The notes under the pieces were generated by a model. The model made no database searches, was not told where the DNA came from, and saw only the letters and a program-made list of their open reading frames with translations. Positions 1 to 9,050 of a stretch of 64,000 bases of DNA are shown piece by piece (positions within the stretch are counted from its first letter, which is position 1; every line of letters starts with the position of its first letter). The position numbers were made by a program, and so were the translations under genes. Source of the DNA: an uncultured Planctomycetia bacterium (GTDB lineage Bacteria > Omnitrophota > Gorgyraeia > Tantalellales > Tantalellaceae); assembly GCA_964421015.1 (NCBI GenBank), contig CAYQUS010000001.1, positions 364,726 through 428,725 on the forward strand, read 5' to 3'.

Positions 1-1569
1 CTTCCACTCCGGACCCAATTTCTTAACGAATATTTCCTTTTTAGGACTTGTGACCTGATTATTTACGGTTACATACTCTATCCCGGCAGCGTTCAGCTCA
101 TCAACTTCATATGGCATCGCCGGAAGAGTGCTGAGGAACTGCCCCTGACTGGAAGGATCTTCGTAGAGAAAGTAAAGCGGGTAACCCGTCTCGGCGGGAT
201 CTGAAACACTTATCATGAGTTCCAACTTGATATCCGAAACGCTGGAATTTTCTTTATACCCTCTTTTTTTCAGGCGTTTTTCCACAAGCTGAGAATAAGG
301 CTGGCTTAAGGCGGGCCTGAAACTGGTGCTGTCGCAGGCTATCCTTGAACCTTGCTTCACGTTATCTTTTATCCACTGCGCCGCTATTACGCGAGTATCC
401 AGAGAACTGAAAAGAATATCGGCCTTGACCGATTTAACTGTGGTAGGGACTAAAAACAAAAATGCCATCATGATCGCCGCTCTTCTGGCTTTCAGGCCGG
501 ATCCCAAAAACCCTAACCGGTCAAACAAAAGATATCCTGCCCCTATGGCCAGAAAAGGCACAAGAAAGATGACATATCTTGAAAAATGCTGGCTTTTAAA
601 GACAAGAACAGCGTATAACGCGACCGGGAATACCGCTACGATCTTGTGCCATCCGTCATTACTAAAAGCGAAAAAAAATATCCCAAGCCCGCCCATTAGA
701 GCTATAGGAACTGAGATGCCCTGAAAAAGAGAGTATGTCAAATGATGCGTCCAGCCAGTATAACAGAAGGCTCCGCTCTGGCTCAAAGATGACCTCATAA
801 AACCATCGAGATCAATTACGGCAAAAGGGTTTACCATAATAAATGCCGCGGCGATAAGGAGAAAACCCAACCACAATTTCGCTGAAAAGAATATTTCCCC
901 AAGGGACTTCCGTGACGACATAAAATGGGCCAGAAGATAAGGCGCCAGCATCACTACCCCGTTATATTTTACCCCTATGCAAAGACCGATGAAAATACCT
1001 GACAGGCAGTAATTTTTAAAATTCGGAGCCTTAAAAAGGAAAAACAACCTCTCGTAAGCAAGCAGTATAAGCGCCGTAAGAAGCATATCGGTGTATATGT
1101 AATGCGAATTGACGACGTTCAAGAAGCTGAACGACATTACGGCCGCGGCGAAAAGCGCGGCGTTTTTCGTCAGAGATCTTTCAGCTAACTTGTATGTAAG
1201 AAAAATGGACGCTGTTCCCGGGAGAACCCCTATGAAAAATCTTCCGACGAGGTAAAATATCGTGGGATCCCTGAAAAATGAAACAGCAAAATCCTGAGTC
1301 CCCTGCCAGGCGCCCATGACCTTTCCGACAAGGAACATGAGCCCGTATAGAGAGAAGAGAATATACGAAGTGAGCGGCGGGATAGCGAAGAACCCGGGGT
1401 TAAGATCCCCCGTACCGTAGGCAAGAGCATGGTTCACCACAATAGGCTCATCCTGATGGAATTGATAAGGAAGCCCGAAACTTATTCCCCACACGCGAAG
1501 TAAAAACCCGGCCAACAGGATACCTAAAAGCGTTAACCGCGTTTTTTCAGGCAAAACTACCCGTGACAT
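1..1569 (-). CDS. 5'-complete, 3'-truncated (runs off window) membrane glycosyltransferase, GT39/ArnT/PMT-like (GT-C fold)
   Basis: Not in the ORF track (no stop inside the window); translated manually. ATG at 1569 (rc) overlaps the upstream GT2 stop by 13 nt. Frame spot-checked at five places (1441-1569, 1141-1260, 721-780, 301-360, 1-60) with no stops. Hydrophobic multi-TM N-terminus with 'LPYQFHQDEPIVVNHA' in the first loop, typical of ArnT/PMT-type transferases. Confidence 0.55.
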   Translation of the reverse strand, partial: MSRVVLPEKTRLTLLGILLAGFLLRVWGISFGLPYQFHQDEPIVVNHALAYGTGDLNPGFFAIPPLTSYILFSLYGLMFLVGKVMGAWQGTQDFAVSFFRDPTIFYLVGRFFIGVLPGTASIFLTYKLAERSLTKNAALFAAAVMSFSFLNVVNSHYIYTDMLLTALILLAYERLFFLFKAPNFKNYCLSGIFIGLCIGVKYNGVVMLAPYLLAHFMSSRKSLGEIFFSAKLWLGFLLIAAAFIMVNPFAVIDLDGFMRSSLSQSGAFCYTGWTHHLTYSLFQGISVPIALMGGLGIFFFAFSNDGWHKIVAVFPVALYAVLVFKSQHFSRYVIFLVPFLAIGAGYLLFDRLGFLGSGLKARRAAIMMAFLFLVPTTVKSVKADILFSSLDTRVIAAQWIKDNVKQGSRIACDSTSFRPALSQPYSQLVEKRLKKRGYKENSSVSDIKLELMISVSDPAETGYPLYFLYEDPSSQGQFLSTLPAMPYEVDELNAAGIEYVTVNNQVTSPKKEIFVKKLGPEWK

Positions 1570-2273
1570 TTTTTTATCCTGAATAGGTCCATGAACATGT
1601 TAAGGGAACTGTTCAAAACCGTTACTTTACTTTCGGGAGAATTCTCCCACACGACCCCTGTTTCTTTTATCCTGTAACCCTTCTTTTGGGCCAGATATAC
1701 CATTTCCACATCAAAACAAAATCCGTCGATCTTCATCTCAAGAGCTATTTCTCTCGCCGCTTCTCCTTTTATAAGTTTGAACCCGCACTGCGTGTCGTTA
1801 TACTCACTGAAGAAAAGCGCTTTCACGAAAACATTGAAGATCCTTCCCATCGTCTGGCGATACCATGGCTGCGGCACCTTGAGCTTAGACCCTTTTACGC
1901 TTCGTGAAGCCATCACAAGATCGTACCCCTGTGCCATGACATCAAGTAGCGTATCGAATTCAGCAATTGGAGTGGAAAGATCTGCGTCCGAGAAAAGAAC
2001 ATATTCTCCCTTAGAGGCCAAAATGCCGGTTCTGACGGAAAACCCTTTACCTCTGTTCTTAGCGTTGGAGAGTATTCTGAGTTTTCCTTCGGCCTCGAGT
2101 AGGCTCTTCCTTGAAACTTTCACCGTCCCGTCAACACTTCCGTCATCAACCAGTATTACCTCATACTTAATGTTACGCCCCTCAAAATAGGCGTGTATTT
2201 TGTCAAGTGACGCGGCTATGCGTTTTTCCTCGTTATAGGCCGGGATAATTATTGAAAGATACATGTTATTCAT
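1557..2273 (-). CDS. GT2 polyprenyl-phosphate sugar synthase-like glycosyltransferase (DPM1/GtrB/ArnC-like)
   Basis: 'LSIIIPAYNEEKRI...VILVDDGSVDGT...FSDADLS': GT-A DXD and N-terminal motifs; 238 aa. Confidence 0.85.
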   Translation of the reverse strand: MNNMYLSIIIPAYNEEKRIAASLDKIHAYFEGRNIKYEVILVDDGSVDGTVKVSRKSLLEAEGKLRILSNAKNRGKGFSVRTGILASKGEYVLFSDADLSTPIAEFDTLLDVMAQGYDLVMASRSVKGSKLKVPQPWYRQTMGRIFNVFVKALFFSEYNDTQCGFKLIKGEAAREIALEMKIDGFCFDVEMVYLAQKKGYRIKETGVVWENSPESKVTVLNSSLNMFMDLFRIKKCHG

Positions 2274-2338
2274 TTTTTTTAGATCCTTCGGTCGGCCTTG
2301 CGGCCTCTCTCAGGATGACTGCTGCTGCTTTCTAGTTT

Positions 2339-2367
2339 GGTGACAGGCACCGGTGGTGCCTGTCACC
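2339..2367. repeat. REP-like palindrome GGTGACAGGCACC-ggt-GGTGCCTGTCACC
   Basis: Perfect 13-bp arms; lies between the two GT2 genes. Confidence 0.8.
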
Positions 2368-2371
2368 AATA

Positions 2372-3085
2372 TCAGTTGTATTTTCCAGCAAGGTCGTTCA
2401 CCCTTATTTTTGCAAGGCTCAAAAAACTTTTGATGCCGTCCCTTAAAGGTCTGACCTTTGACGTGTACTTATGTTTCCATTCCACGGGTATTTCTTTTAT
2501 CTTGTAGCCGTATTTTTTAGCTATAAAAAGATCTTCCGCGTCAAAGCTCCAATCGTTCATTATCTGTTTTCTGAAAACATCCCGGGAGGACTTTTTGTCG
2601 TATACCTTGAACCCACAGTTGATATCACTTACGCAAAGCCCCAAAAGCATCCTTGCGAAAAGTATGTACACAAGACCCAGTACGCGCCGTAATACCGGCA
2701 CCTTCACATCCGCGCCCGACATGCGCCTTGAAGCTATGTAAATAGAATTTTCGGAGCCGAATTCCGAATAAAACTTCTCAAGCTCTTTTATGGAAGTGGA
2801 ATTATCGGCGTCCATAAAAAGAACGTACTCTCCCCTTGCCTCAAGCATGGCCTTTTTAACAACGTAACCCTTTCCATGATTGGGTTTGCTTTCTATTATC
2901 CTGAAATTGACAATTCGCCCTTCAAATCCTCGGGCTTTGGTGACTGTCCGGTCTGTCGACCCATCATCGGCTAGTATTAGTTCTGAAAGAAAATCTTTTT
3001 TGGACAGATAGCTCTCTATCTCGGATAGAGTACCCTCTATATTCTTTTCTTCGTTGTAAGCAGGGATAATGACAGATAGATACAT
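2372..3085 (-). CDS. GT2 polyprenyl-phosphate sugar synthase-like glycosyltransferase (second paralogue)
   Basis: 'YLSVIIPAYNEEKNI...LILADDGSTDRT...FMDADNS'; 237 aa. Confidence 0.8.
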   Translation of the reverse strand: MYLSVIIPAYNEEKNIEGTLSEIESYLSKKDFLSELILADDGSTDRTVTKARGFEGRIVNFRIIESKPNHGKGYVVKKAMLEARGEYVLFMDADNSTSIKELEKFYSEFGSENSIYIASRRMSGADVKVPVLRRVLGLVYILFARMLLGLCVSDINCGFKVYDKKSSRDVFRKQIMNDWSFDAEDLFIAKKYGYKIKEIPVEWKHKYTSKVRPLRDGIKSFLSLAKIRVNDLAGKYN

Positions 3086-3126
3086 AGTTTTGTCTTATTT
3101 TTATGCGCCTTACATGGAGACACTTT

Positions 3127-3155
3127 GGTGCCTGGCACTAATAGTGCCAGGCACC
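3127..3155. repeat. REP-like palindrome GGTGCCTGGCACT-aat-AGTGCCAGGCACC
   Basis: Perfect 13-bp arms; 5' flank 'gagacactttggtg' shared with the 31080-31093 copy. Confidence 0.8.
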
Positions 3156-3165
3156 GAGTCCCGGA

Positions 3166-4293
3166 CTAGAACGCCAATACGGTATCTATCACGTACTGTA
3201 TCATTTCTTCCGTAAGTTCAGGATATACGGGCAGGGACAGAACGCTTTTCGCGGCCTTCTCGGAAACCGGGAAATCCCCTTCTTTGTGGCCAAGGTTCTT
3301 GTAACATGGCTGAAGATGCATCGGCACAGGATAGTACACCCTTGAGCCTATACCTTTTTCCTCGAGATACTTCAGCATGCCGTCCCTGTCGGGAACCGCT
3401 ATAGTATACTGGTGATAAGTGTGGACATTACCCTCCCCTGTTTTAGGAGCGATTATCTTACCCGAGTTCGAGAATGCCTTATTGTATTCCGCGGCTATCT
3501 TTCTGCGTTTTTCAAGCCAGGTATCAAGTTTTTTAAGCTTAACCCTGAGTATGGCGGCCTGCAGGCTGTCAAGACGGGAATTGTACCCTATAAGATCGTG
3601 AACATACTGTTTGCTGCTTCCATGAACCCTGAGCTTTTTGACAAGCGCGATAAATGCTTCGCTCGAAGAAAGGACCATTCCTCCGTCACCGAACCCGCCC
3701 AGATTCTTGCTGGGGAAAAAGCTAAATGCCCCGGCAAGTCCGAAACTCCCGGCTTTCTTACCCTTGTAGACCGCTCCCATAGCCTGGGCACAGTCCTCTA
3801 TTATCGTAAGCCCATATTTCTCAGCGATAGCCATGATAGGATCCATATCTGCGCACTGGCCATAAAGGTGGACTGGGATAATAGCTTTTATCGTTCTGAG
3901 TTCTGCGTTATTGCGTTTTTGCGTTTCGATTAAAAGTTCCTCGACTTTTCTGGGGTCGATGTTGTATGTGTCGGGATCGATATCGACAAATACCGGTACA
4001 GCGCCAAGAACGGATATTGACTCGGCTGTAGCGAAAAATGTGAAAGGTGTCGTTATTACCCTGTCACCCTCGCCTATACCGGCTGCTTTAAGAGCGAGAA
4101 TTATGGCGTCGGTACCAGAAGCTACACCGACACCGTGAGAAACGCCGGTGTACGCTGCTACTTCCTTTTCAAGAAACGAAACTTCGGGGGAAAGTATAAA
4201 ATGTTGATTTTCAAGGACACCGGCTATAGCCGCGTCTATTTCTTTTTTTATTCCCAGATACTGGCCTTTCAGATCCAAAAGCGATACTTTCAT
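3166..4293 (-). CDS. DegT/DnrJ/EryC1/StrS-family PLP-dependent sugar aminotransferase (Per- or ArnB-like)
   Basis: Family-typical N-terminus 'LLDLKGQY...ENQHFILSPEVSFLEKEVAAYTGVSHGVGVASGTDAI'. The ORF-track start (4317) includes the SD; the true start is ATG 4293 (MKVSLLDL) with AAGGAGAG 11 nt upstream. Confidence 0.85.
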   Translation of the reverse strand: MKVSLLDLKGQYLGIKKEIDAAIAGVLENQHFILSPEVSFLEKEVAAYTGVSHGVGVASGTDAIILALKAAGIGEGDRVITTPFTFFATAESISVLGAVPVFVDIDPDTYNIDPRKVEELLIETQKRNNAELRTIKAIIPVHLYGQCADMDPIMAIAEKYGLTIIEDCAQAMGAVYKGKKAGSFGLAGAFSFFPSKNLGGFGDGGMVLSSSEAFIALVKKLRVHGSSKQYVHDLIGYNSRLDSLQAAILRVKLKKLDTWLEKRRKIAAEYNKAFSNSGKIIAPKTGEGNVHTYHQYTIAVPDRDGMLKYLEEKGIGSRVYYPVPMHLQPCYKNLGHKEGDFPVSEKAAKSVLSLPVYPELTEEMIQYVIDTVLAF

Positions 4294-4352
4294 TATAATG
4301 CCTCTCCTTTTTTTCAACCTCTACCTTAACCTGTCCCTTCTTTTGACCCCTT

Positions 4353-4398
4353 AGTGACAGGCACTACAACTCGGAAAATACGATCTGTGCCAGTCACT
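4353..4398. repeat. REP-like imperfect palindrome AGTGACAGGCAC-N22-GTGCCAGTCACT
   Basis: 11 of 12 arm positions complementary; gmd-degT spacer. Confidence 0.6.
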
Positions 4399-4448
4399 TC
4401 GACCTTAACCTGAACCTCAACCTCTTTCTGCTTCCCCCTTCTTACTTC

Positions 4449-5429
4449 CTACCCCTTGGCTAAATACTCGTAATCCGACTTCACCATCTCGTTAACCAGA
4501 TCTTCGAACGAGAGCTTATATTCCCAGTCCAGTTCTTTTCTGGCTTTAGACGGATCCGCCACAAGAAGATCCACTTCCGCCGGACGGAAAAAATTCTTGT
4601 CTATTTCGACATATTTTTCGTAGTTGAGCCCGAGGTATTTAAAAGCGAGTTCGGCGAACTCCCTAACCGAGTGGGTTTCGCCCGTTCCTATGACATAATC
4701 CTCCGGTCTGTTCCTCTGGAGCATCGAATGCATCGCCTTAACATATTCCCCGGCGTGTCCCCAGTCCCTTTTCGCCTCCAGATTTCCAAGATACAGTTTC
4801 TTTTCTCTTCCAAGTTTTATCCTGGCCGCGGCGGAAGTGATCTTTCTTGTCACAAACTCGTATCCTCTTCTCGGGGACTCATGGTTAAAAAGTATCCCGC
4901 TCACCGCGAACATATCGTACGCCTCCCGGTAATTTCGCGTAAGGTCGAATCCTGCAACCTTGGATATGCCGTAGACGGACCGCGGGTGGAACCTGGTCTT
5001 CTCACTTTGCGGGACTTCCTCTACCCTGCCGAACATCTCGCTGGATGCGGCGAAATAGAACCTGCAATCCGGGACTACGCTCTGGAGAGCCGATAATATG
5101 TAATGCGTGCCGTTTATATTGGCGTTAAGCGTAGAGAACTCGTCTTCGAAAGAATACGTAACAAAACTTTGGGCGGCGAGATGATAACATTCGTCAGGCT
5201 TGATCCTCTGCACTATCTTAAATAAACTCGGATAACTTTCCAGTGACCCTGAATGAAAAACTATCCTGTCGGCTATGTGGTTTATCCTCCACATCCTGTG
5301 TTTCTGGTCCTCGAGAGCCACTCTCCGGACAACACCGTGAACCTCGTATCCCAGTCCCAAAAGATATTCGGCAAGATAACTCCCGTCCTGCCCCGTTATC
5401 CCAGTTATTAAAGCTTTCTTGGCCGGCAT
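4449..5429 (-). CDS. gmd: GDP-mannose 4,6-dehydratase
   Basis: 'KKALITGITGQDGSYLAEYLLGLGYEVHG...YHLAAQSFV' canonical Gmd. Confidence 0.9.
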   Translation of the reverse strand: MPAKKALITGITGQDGSYLAEYLLGLGYEVHGVVRRVALEDQKHRMWRINHIADRIVFHSGSLESYPSLFKIVQRIKPDECYHLAAQSFVTYSFEDEFSTLNANINGTHYILSALQSVVPDCRFYFAASSEMFGRVEEVPQSEKTRFHPRSVYGISKVAGFDLTRNYREAYDMFAVSGILFNHESPRRGYEFVTRKITSAAARIKLGREKKLYLGNLEAKRDWGHAGEYVKAMHSMLQRNRPEDYVIGTGETHSVREFAELAFKYLGLNYEKYVEIDKNFFRPAEVDLLVADPSKARKELDWEYKLSFEDLVNEMVKSDYEYLAKG

Positions 5430-5439
5430 AGTGCTCCTT

Positions 5440-6372
5440 TTATTTTAAAGATCCTTTAGCCCACTCGATAGTTTTGCTGATCCCTTCCTCCAGACTGACC
5501 CTGGGTTCCCAGCCAAGCTCTTTCCTGGCTTTTGTTATATCCGGACGCCTTACCTTGGGATCGTTGACCGGGAGCGGCTTAAAGATTATATCGCTTTTTG
5601 TTCCCGTAAGTCTTTTTATGATTTTGGCGAAATCAAGAACACTCAACTCTTCCGGGTTGCCGATATTCACAGGTTCATTTAGCTTTGAGTTCATAAGACG
5701 TATTATTCCCTCAACAAGATCGGAAACATAGCAGAAACTTCTGGTCTGGGATCCGTCGCCGTAGACTGTCAGCGGCTCTCCCTTAAGGGACTGATCTATA
5801 AAATTCGGCACCACTCTGCCGTCATTATGGCGCATTCTTTCCCCGTAGGTGTTGAATATCCGCACGATCTTAGTGTCAATACCATGGGTCCTGTGATAAG
5901 CCAGGGTTATAGCCTCGGCGAACCTTTTCGCTTCGTCATAACATCCCCTTGGGCCTATGGGATTCACATTTCCCCAGTATGTCTCCGGCTGTGGATTCAC
6001 AAGCGGGTCACCGTAAACCTCGGAAGTCGAGGCCAGGAGAAATTTAGCCTCGTGTTCTTTCGCTACCCCAAGAGCGTTATGTGTGCCGAGAGACCCCACC
6101 TTAAGCGTCTTTATCGGATGCTGCAGATAATCCTCAGGGCTGGCCGGAGAAGCGAAATGCAGCACATAATCTATCTTTTCGTCGAGTATTATGAACTTTG
6201 AGACATCATGCTTTATGAACTCGAAATTCTCATTGGACGCCAGGCGAGAAATATTATCCGTACTTCCGGTTATCAAATTGTCCATACAGACAACTTTGTG
6301 CCCGTCCTTGAGCAACCTCTCCGATAAATGTGATCCAAGAAACCCGGCGCCGCCTGTAAGTAATATCCGCAT
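5440..6372 (-). CDS. UDP-glucuronate decarboxylase family (UXS/ArnA C-domain-like SDR)
   Basis: '[16 protein letters not shown]...[10 protein letters not shown]...[17 protein letters not shown]' UXS hallmark motifs. Confidence 0.8.
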   Translation of the reverse strand: MRILLTGGAGFLGSHLSERLLKDGHKVVCMDNLITGSTDNISRLASNENFEFIKHDVSKFIILDEKIDYVLHFASPASPEDYLQHPIKTLKVGSLGTHNALGVAKEHEAKFLLASTSEVYGDPLVNPQPETYWGNVNPIGPRGCYDEAKRFAEAITLAYHRTHGIDTKIVRIFNTYGERMRHNDGRVVPNFIDQSLKGEPLTVYGDGSQTRSFCYVSDLVEGIIRLMNSKLNEPVNIGNPEELSVLDFAKIIKRLTGTKSDIIFKPLPVNDPKVRRPDITKARKELGWEPRVSLEEGISKTIEWAKGSLK

Positions 6373-6463
6373 ATTAGTCCTTTTTTGTTCCTTTTGTTCT
6401 GTTAAATCAACCTCAACCTTAACCTGAAGCTCAATCTTAGCTCTTTACCCTAACTACTTTAAC

Positions 6464-6622
6464 TCAAAATAACGTGTATATGAACGGCGCCACGGCCGAT
6501 GATTCCGTAAAAAGGACCAGGAGCCCCAGAAGAATAAGAATAACAACTATCGGGAGAAGCCACCATTTTTTTCTTACCTTCATGAAATCCCAAAGCTCTC
6601 TAAAAAGCTCCATTTTTCCCAT
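6464..6622 (-). CDS. SxtK/DUF5989-like 52-aa membrane protein (not in ORF track, below 60 aa)
   Basis: Manual translation: MGKMELFRELWDFMKVRKKWWLLPIVVILILLGLLVLFTESSAVAPFIYTLF*. GAGGAG SD upstream. This family commonly sits next to carbamoyltransferase/SxtJ genes. Confidence 0.6.
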   Translation of the reverse strand: MGKMELFRELWDFMKVRKKWWLLPIVVILILLGLLVLFTESSAVAPFIYTLF

Positions 6623-6682
6623 TTTTTCTCCTCATGTTACTTCGAGTAAATCTTTCCTGTCTTGCAATGTCAAGCAGGCTCG

Positions 6683-7084
6683 TCAATACTGCTTCTCAAG
6701 ACTTTCTCTATCTGCCGATATAACCGCTCTTTTTCTCCAGTAAGTATCTGAGGGCCTGTTGAAATTTTTGTCTAGAATATCCTTGCCCAGAAACCTCATA
6801 ACAAGTCCGATAGGCGTGAGGATAAGGTAATAAACCGCTATAAGTATGACCCTCGTGTTAAACCACCCTATAGCGTGGGCCACCCTTAGAAATATCCTGA
6901 AAACAGGAGAAAGAAGGACCGGAAAGATAAGCGCCGATATAAGAGCCGCGCCTGAAAACCCGGCAAACCACATAAACAGGTTCTCATTGCCTTTTCTGAA
7001 ATGCAAAAAGGACAGTATGGCAAGAATAAGCGCCAAGACCGTTCCGAATTCCCTTAAATCTTTTTTTCCCCAATCGTTTTTCAT
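6683..7084 (-). CDS. SxtJ-like small membrane protein
   Basis: 133 aa with 2-3 TM segments, immediately downstream of the carbamoyltransferase, the usual SxtJ position. Confidence 0.55.
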   Translation of the reverse strand: MKNDWGKKDLREFGTVLALILAILSFLHFRKGNENLFMWFAGFSGAALISALIFPVLLSPVFRIFLRVAHAIGWFNTRVILIAVYYLILTPIGLVMRFLGKDILDKNFNRPSDTYWRKRAVISADRESLEKQY

Positions 7085-7096
7085 CTTTGTATGGCC

Positions 7097-8926
7097 TTAA
7101 TCAAGTTCAAATTCGAACACTTCCTCCAGCCTGAGCCTGGCAGGATCCTGCTGTTTTTTATCTATGACGAAACTACCCATTACCAGATAATCCATATTGG
7201 TTCTCATGAAACAACGGTAAGCGTCATCCGGAGTGCAAACAATAGGTTCACCCCTTACGTTAAATGACGTATTGATAACAAGCGGACATCCATGAAGCTC
7301 TGAAAATTTTTCGATAAGAGCGTAATAATCCGGATTATCTTCCCTTTTTACTGTCTGCACCCTGGCGGAATAGTCTACATGCGTTATGGCGGGAACTTCC
7401 GAGCGCTTTTCTTTAAGTTTTTCCATACCCCGCGATAAAGAGTCATTTTTCATCGGGACCCTCTTCTCTTCGGCAACGGGCGAGACGATCAGCATGTAAG
7501 GGCTTTCTGAATCAAGCCCGAAATATTCTTTGGCGTTCTCCGCGAGGATACTCGGAGCGAAGGGTCTGAAAGACTCCCTGAACTTTATTTTCCTGTTTAT
7601 TACAGACTGCATTTTTTCGGATCGGGGATCCCCAAGGATACTTCTTGAGCCGAGAGCCCTGGGACCGAATTCCATCCTTCCCTGAAACCACCCTATCACG
7701 TTTTCCGCCGCGATCAGGCTTGCCACCCGGGAATAAAGATCCTCTTTTCCCATACGCGTGTAAGGAATACCGTTCTCCTTAAGATATCTTTCCACTTCTT
7801 CATCCGAAAAATCAGGCCCCAGGAGACTCGCCTTTTGTGAATCGCGTGTTTTAGTGGCGTGCCGAACATTACCCAGGTATTCATGCCAGGCAACAAGAGC
7901 CGCGCCAAGAGCTCCGCCGGCATCCGAAGAAGCGGGTTGTATCCAGATCTTTTCAAAGGGACCTTCTCTTAAGACCTTTCCGTTAGACACACAGTTAAGA
8001 GCTACCCCTCCGGCCATGCAAAGATTTCTACAGGATGTCGTATCGTAAAGGTGACGCGCCATCTTCATTACCACGGATTCCGTTACGACCTGCACGGATC
8101 TGGCAAGGTCCATATGTCTCTGTTCGACTTCAGCCTCTTTTTTTCGCGGCGGACCGCCGAAAAGCTTATGAAACTTTCGGTTTGTCATGGTAAGTCCGGC
8201 GCAGTAGTTAAAATACTTCATATTGAGCTTAAAAGAACCGTCCGGTTTGAGATCGATGAGCTCATCAAGAATGATCTGAGCGTATACAGGTTCACCGTAA
8301 GGCGCCAGGCCCATAAGCTTGTATTCTCCGGAATTAACCTTAAAACCGCAATAGTAAGTAAAAGCCGAGTATAAAAGCCCCAGAGAATGAGGGAACCTTA
8401 TCTCCTCAAAAAGTTCTATTCTGTTTCCCCTGCCCTTCCCGAGGGTTACCGTAGCCCATTCTCCCACGCCATCCACCGTAAGAATCGCCGCCTCTTCGAA
8501 TGGAGAGGGGTAAAAAGCGCTGGCCGCGTGAGAATGATGGTGTTCCGGAAAAATGATCCTCCCCTGGTACCCAAGCTCCGACTTTATGTGTTCTTTCATG
8601 AAAAGTTTCTTTTTTATCCAGGGCGGCATAGCTTGAATAAAAGACCGTATTCCGGAAGGGGCATAAGCAAGATAGGTCTCAAGAAGACGTTCGAATTTAA
8701 CAAACGGCTTATCATAAAAGGCCACTACATCCAGATCTCCCGGCTCTACTCCCGCCTCTTTAAGACAGTATTCCACAGCCTTTGACGGAAAAGAAGGATC
8801 ATGTTTCTTCCTCGTGAACCTTTCCTCCTGAGCAGCGGCGATAATATTACCGTTCTCCAAAAGCGCGGCGGCGGAATCGTGATAATAAGCGGAAATTCCA
8901 AGTATGTATGTTTTGTTATTTTTCAT
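7097..8926 (-). CDS. Carbamoyltransferase, NodU/CmcH/SxtI family
   Basis: 'YILGISAYYHDSAAALLENGNIIAAAQEERFTRKKHD' N-terminal ASKHA-like domain plus a C-terminal carbamoyltransferase domain; 609 aa. Confidence 0.9.
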   Translation of the reverse strand: MKNNKTYILGISAYYHDSAAALLENGNIIAAAQEERFTRKKHDPSFPSKAVEYCLKEAGVEPGDLDVVAFYDKPFVKFERLLETYLAYAPSGIRSFIQAMPPWIKKKLFMKEHIKSELGYQGRIIFPEHHHSHAASAFYPSPFEEAAILTVDGVGEWATVTLGKGRGNRIELFEEIRFPHSLGLLYSAFTYYCGFKVNSGEYKLMGLAPYGEPVYAQIILDELIDLKPDGSFKLNMKYFNYCAGLTMTNRKFHKLFGGPPRKKEAEVEQRHMDLARSVQVVTESVVMKMARHLYDTTSCRNLCMAGGVALNCVSNGKVLREGPFEKIWIQPASSDAGGALGAALVAWHEYLGNVRHATKTRDSQKASLLGPDFSDEEVERYLKENGIPYTRMGKEDLYSRVASLIAAENVIGWFQGRMEFGPRALGSRSILGDPRSEKMQSVINRKIKFRESFRPFAPSILAENAKEYFGLDSESPYMLIVSPVAEEKRVPMKNDSLSRGMEKLKEKRSEVPAITHVDYSARVQTVKREDNPDYYALIEKFSELHGCPLVINTSFNVRGEPIVCTPDDAYRCFMRTNMDYLVMGSFVIDKKQQDPARLRLEEVFEFELD

Positions 8927-9050
8927 TCTTTAAGCCGCATTCGTGCCAGTCACTTAAACTAAACCTTGACCTCAACCTTAGCCTGTCTCCAGACACTTAC
9001 ACTCAACCTTAACCTTGCCCCTTTACTTCCCTCTTACTCCTTACATCTTG

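Noticed and set aside
326-724. 132-aa plus-strand ORF at the window start
   Set aside because: It is antisense to the manually identified GT39-like membrane transferase, whose frame is open from 1569 to 1 and which has family-typical features.
3166-4317. ORF-track N-terminal extensions for degT, and likewise for wbpP (to 10034), rmlB (to 13662), ugd (to 16219), miaA (to 33585), GIY-YIG (to 58247) and the secreted protein at 60944-61705
   Set aside because: The extensions contain the Shine-Dalgarno sequence or overlap the upstream gene, and they add non-conserved residues before the family-typical N-terminus. Internal ATGs with proper SDs were used instead.
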